This document shows positions 61,161 to 64,000 of a stretch of DNA of 64,000 nucleotides, piece by piece. The notes under the pieces were generated by a model. The model made no database searches, was not told where the DNA came from, and was given only the letters and a program-made list of their open reading frames with translations. The translations under genes were made by a program, and so were the position numbers. The stretch is from assembly GCA_964188305.1 (NCBI GenBank), contig OZ076888.1. One strand, written 5' to 3'. The DNA is from Podarcis bocagei. Its lineage: Eukaryota. Each line of letters begins with the position of its first letter. The stretch's first letter is position 1.

Positions 61161-63406
61161 CTGTTCATGTGCAGAAGGTGGTCTCTGGAAGTGCTACCCA
61201 GCTCGCCTAGCCCAGTTGGGGCTGAAGTGGATGAGTCCAGTTGGTGGCACTGGCTCAAGGGCGATGCTGACAGAGGTCCCCTTACCTTTTTGTATGCCTA
61301 CCAAGTGTGGTGAAGGCAGATATCAGGCGATGGTAGCAATTCCTGAATGTATGCAATAGTAGTTCGCCATGGCAGGATACCTTGAACCCGCTCAGGGATT
61401 TTCAGGTTCATGCTGGTGCTGCTGGATCTTTGCCCTTTGGTTTTTATTTCAAGGGCTGCTGGTGTGCAAAGCTATGGCCTCAAGCCCTGTGTGGTGAGGC
61501 AATCATGTGACATAACTTTTCTTGAGTTTTCCCCATTGTAGTAGCAGTTCACGTGGCCCGAGGAGTTCAGTGACCATCGGATCTGCTTTTGGTCTGATAA
61601 CCAGGTAGTGGTGAGCGTCTTGGCAAAACAGTCCTCATGCTGTAGCACAGTCTCCGCCCCTCCGCTCATGCTTTCGAGCTGCGCCACTTAAGGTTTAATA
61701 TTGTGCTTTCTACTCTCCAAATTACGCTGACACTATCTGATTTTCAGATGAAGCGCTTCAGATCCTGGGCTCCAGACTCAGCTATTGCCAGACTTTTCCA
61801 GACCTGTGGCATTTTGACAACAATTAGTAATTTCAGAGAGCGGCAGCTTCCATTTCCCCTTCTGCTTTTACCTCTTATGGGAAGGCCTGGATGGATTTCT
61901 TAGCCTTAAGCTGGCAGTTCTCGGCCATTCAGAAGAATTGGCCCCCATCCTCTGAGCAGATCCTGCAGTATTTGGTCCACCTGCTGCAGATTGGGCATGC
62001 GGTTATAACTATCCGAATTCAGTCCGCTGCAATGTCTGTTACATTGAAGCTTTATTTTTCAGAGACCCTTGTATAAAGTTTGCAGTGCGCAGGGCCTTGG
62101 AAGGTTGGAATAGGCTCCAACCTCATAGGACAGTGGGCAGGGAGTCGGTCAATTTTTACCTATGCAGTATCTGCAACAAGTTAAAACTTGTCTGCGGGTT
62201 AAAGATCAAGGTGAGACTCCTTTCAGTAGTCCATTGCATTTTCGCACTGAGGGTTGGGGAAATGGTTGTTGGAGCCAGCACGGGGCTGAGAGTCTGGAGG
62301 CTTATTGCTTCAGGACTTTTCCTTTGGAGCTTGTCATTAGAGTTGGTACCTCTAAAACAGACTTAGTGGGCAGGAGTGCCACAATCAGGCTTCCTGCCAC
62401 AGGTGAGGAGGGCCCTTGCCCAGTTATGGATAACAGAATATTGGCTTTTTATTCCCTGGGGGCTGGCCCGCTCCTAGTGCATGAAAATGGGTTCCCGTTA
62501 GCCCGGCATCAATGTGCTTACATCGTGCACCAGTTATTACAGCCTGCGGCTTGCTTACCGCTGAACACTCCTCATTTCTTACGATTAGGTGCTGCTGCAA
62601 AGGCTGCACACTGGGGGCCTGTCAGTAGACAGGATTGTGAATACGGGTCATTGGAAGTCTGACGCTGACAAGGGTTATATCAGGAAGTGTCACAGTGATG
62701 TCTGTGCTGATGCTTGTCTGTTATTTCCTTTTTTTTTTTTTTTCATAGGAGCAGCTGTGCACATTTGAGCCACAGCATTGTACACTAGGCTGGCAAGCAT
62801 GTTGACGAGTTTGGACTGGGGCGCCATCTCAGTCTTCCTGCCCATGTGAACATATACTGGATGTCCAGATGGGGAATGCTTTGGGAGGAGATCCTTCCTT
62901 TGGTGCGGTCGAGTGTGACCTGTGCAGGTCCTCCCGCAGTGCTGGTGGTACAGCTGGGCGAGAATGTTTGCTGTCTTCCTCCAGCATAAGTTTGCATTCC
63001 TGCATGCAAGAGGGCTTGGATTGAGTTGATGGCAGCTCTCCCTGGACTCAAAATAATTTAAGGCATTGGTTCAAGGTGGTTTGGAGGGGGGGTTGGAGCA
63101 CCTGTCCCCTCCAATGCGCAAAGATGTTCCATTAAGGGAATCCAAGGATTCGCCATGCTTTTGTCGACCCCTTTTGAGGGGTAGGGCCATGCAAGAGTCC
63201 CTGGGAGCATTTGGGGTGAGCTTGAGTCTGATCCTGGTTCATTGCTCCCCCATGCTGTTTACTGGAACTGACGATATGGTGGGGCCCAGTCGTCAGTGCT
63301 GCCCTGCTGAGGTCAGGTGCAGCTAGTCGGGAACCAATGCCTAGACAAACTACCACCGAGCAGGCCAGAAAGCATGTTAATAAGGCGGTGGATAATAGAA
63401 TAAAAT

Positions 63407-64000
63407 AGGATCGGGGCTGCCACGACTGCAGCACACTGGGGTCTGTCAGCCGACAGAATAAAGGATCTGGGTCGCTGGAAATCGAACGCGTTTAAAAGTT
63501 ATGTTCGCTAACATTTTGGTATGCTTATATTTTGTTTGCTTGTTTATCCCAGGTTTAGCGGCTGTCCGCATCTGGATGGTGTGGCACAGTATCGTGCATT
63601 GGGCTGGCATCAGAACCCGGCAGTCCGGATTGGGAACAGGTCTCGGCCTTCCTCCACATGTCCACTTGTCTTGGCTGTCCAGATGGGGAATGCGCTGGTC
63701 AGAGTTCCTGCCATTGATTCGGAGGCAGATGTTTTTGGAAGGGCCGCCCACGGCTATTGTGGTGCAGCTGGGTGAGAACGACCTGGTTTCCATGGACTGT
63801 TTTTCTTTACGTGCGGCAATCCTGGGTGACCTGGAGGTGCTGCGGTCTATGATGCCGTCAGCAAAAATTTTTTGGTCAAAGCTTTTGCAACGACGCGTTT
63901 GGAGTGGCAGTCGTTGCCCAGCCGCCACCGAAAGGGCCAGAAAACGTATCAATTCTGTGGTGTCGAAAAAGATTTTGGAGCTGGGTGGTGATGTGATTTC
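63407..64000 (+). mobile_element. Second, better-preserved Ngaro-type fragment (YR C-terminus plus SGNH ORF), running off the window
   Basis: 63407-63511 encodes RIGAATTAAHWGLSADRIKDLGRWKSNAFKSYVR* (catalytic R, W, Y region of a YR), followed by an open SGNH frame. Confidence 0.88.
63501..64000 (+). CDS. Element-encoded SGNH/GDSL hydrolase, 3' incomplete; omitted by the ORF track because no stop lies in the window
   Basis: MFANILVCLYFVCLFIPGLAAVRIWMVWHSIVHWAG...LSRWGMRWSEFLP..GPPTAIVVQLGENDL..KIFWSKLLQRRVW..ERARKRIN; blocks I (xHS), II (G) and III (GxND). Confidence 0.75.
   Translation, partial: MFANILVCLYFVCLFIPGLAAVRIWMVWHSIVHWAGIRTRQSGLGTGLGLPPHVHLSWLSRWGMRWSEFLPLIRRQMFLEGPPTAIVVQLGENDLVSMDCFSLRAAILGDLEVLRSMMPSAKIFWSKLLQRRVWSGSRCPAATERARKRINSVVSKKILELGGDVI

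Larger units (their letters stand above)
58563..63355 (+). mobile_element. Degenerate Ngaro-type retrotransposon: A1, gag remnant, RT, RNase H, tyrosine recombinase, SGNH hydrolase, B1
   Basis: A repeat 58563-58771; degenerate Zn-knuckle WDFFRGS..RPCKF (~60430-60490); RT YLGIQLD..L..EKL and LLGHL (60570-60712); RNase H GCWC..WP..ITFLEF.PIVVAV..FWSDNQVVV (61410-61790); YR SKTD..CPV..GPLLVH..PHFLRLGAA..GHWKSD..YIR (~61830-62685); SGNH HSIVH..WGM.W..VVQLGEN (62749-62970); B repeat 63061-63355. Confidence 0.88.

Overview
Vertebrate genomic DNA, most likely from a lacertid-type lizard, judged from Sauria/Squam SINEs, BovB, L2 with (ATT)n tails and Tc1/mariner MITEs. One host gene is supported: a complete five-coding-exon TRIM42 orthologue on the minus strand (ATG 31730 to TGA 19927, 733 aa, all GT-AG junctions in phase). 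Its last two exons are missing from the ORF track. The rest is intergenic or intronic DNA rich in transposons. The most interesting system is a set of Ngaro-type (DIRS-order, tyrosine-recombinase) retrotransposons at 1-1327, 53014-53824, 58563-63355 and 63407-64000. Comparing these diverged copies shows five things: (i) a split direct-repeat end B1-A2-spacer-B2 with a palindromic, att-like B/A junction; (ii) a covarying multibranch RNA fold in repeat B; (iii) an ENE-like U-rich internal-loop hairpin that could form a poly(A) triple helix, seen in the spacer before the last poly(A) signal; (iv) an SGNH hydrolase ORF after the recombinase that is either signal-peptide-led or spliced; (v) a solo A-spacer-B remnant. 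Separately, two diverged solo LTRs (3865-4287, 35696-36103) carry an Arg-rich reading frame that is conserved at the protein level. Family assignments rest on recognised motifs only; no database search was run.
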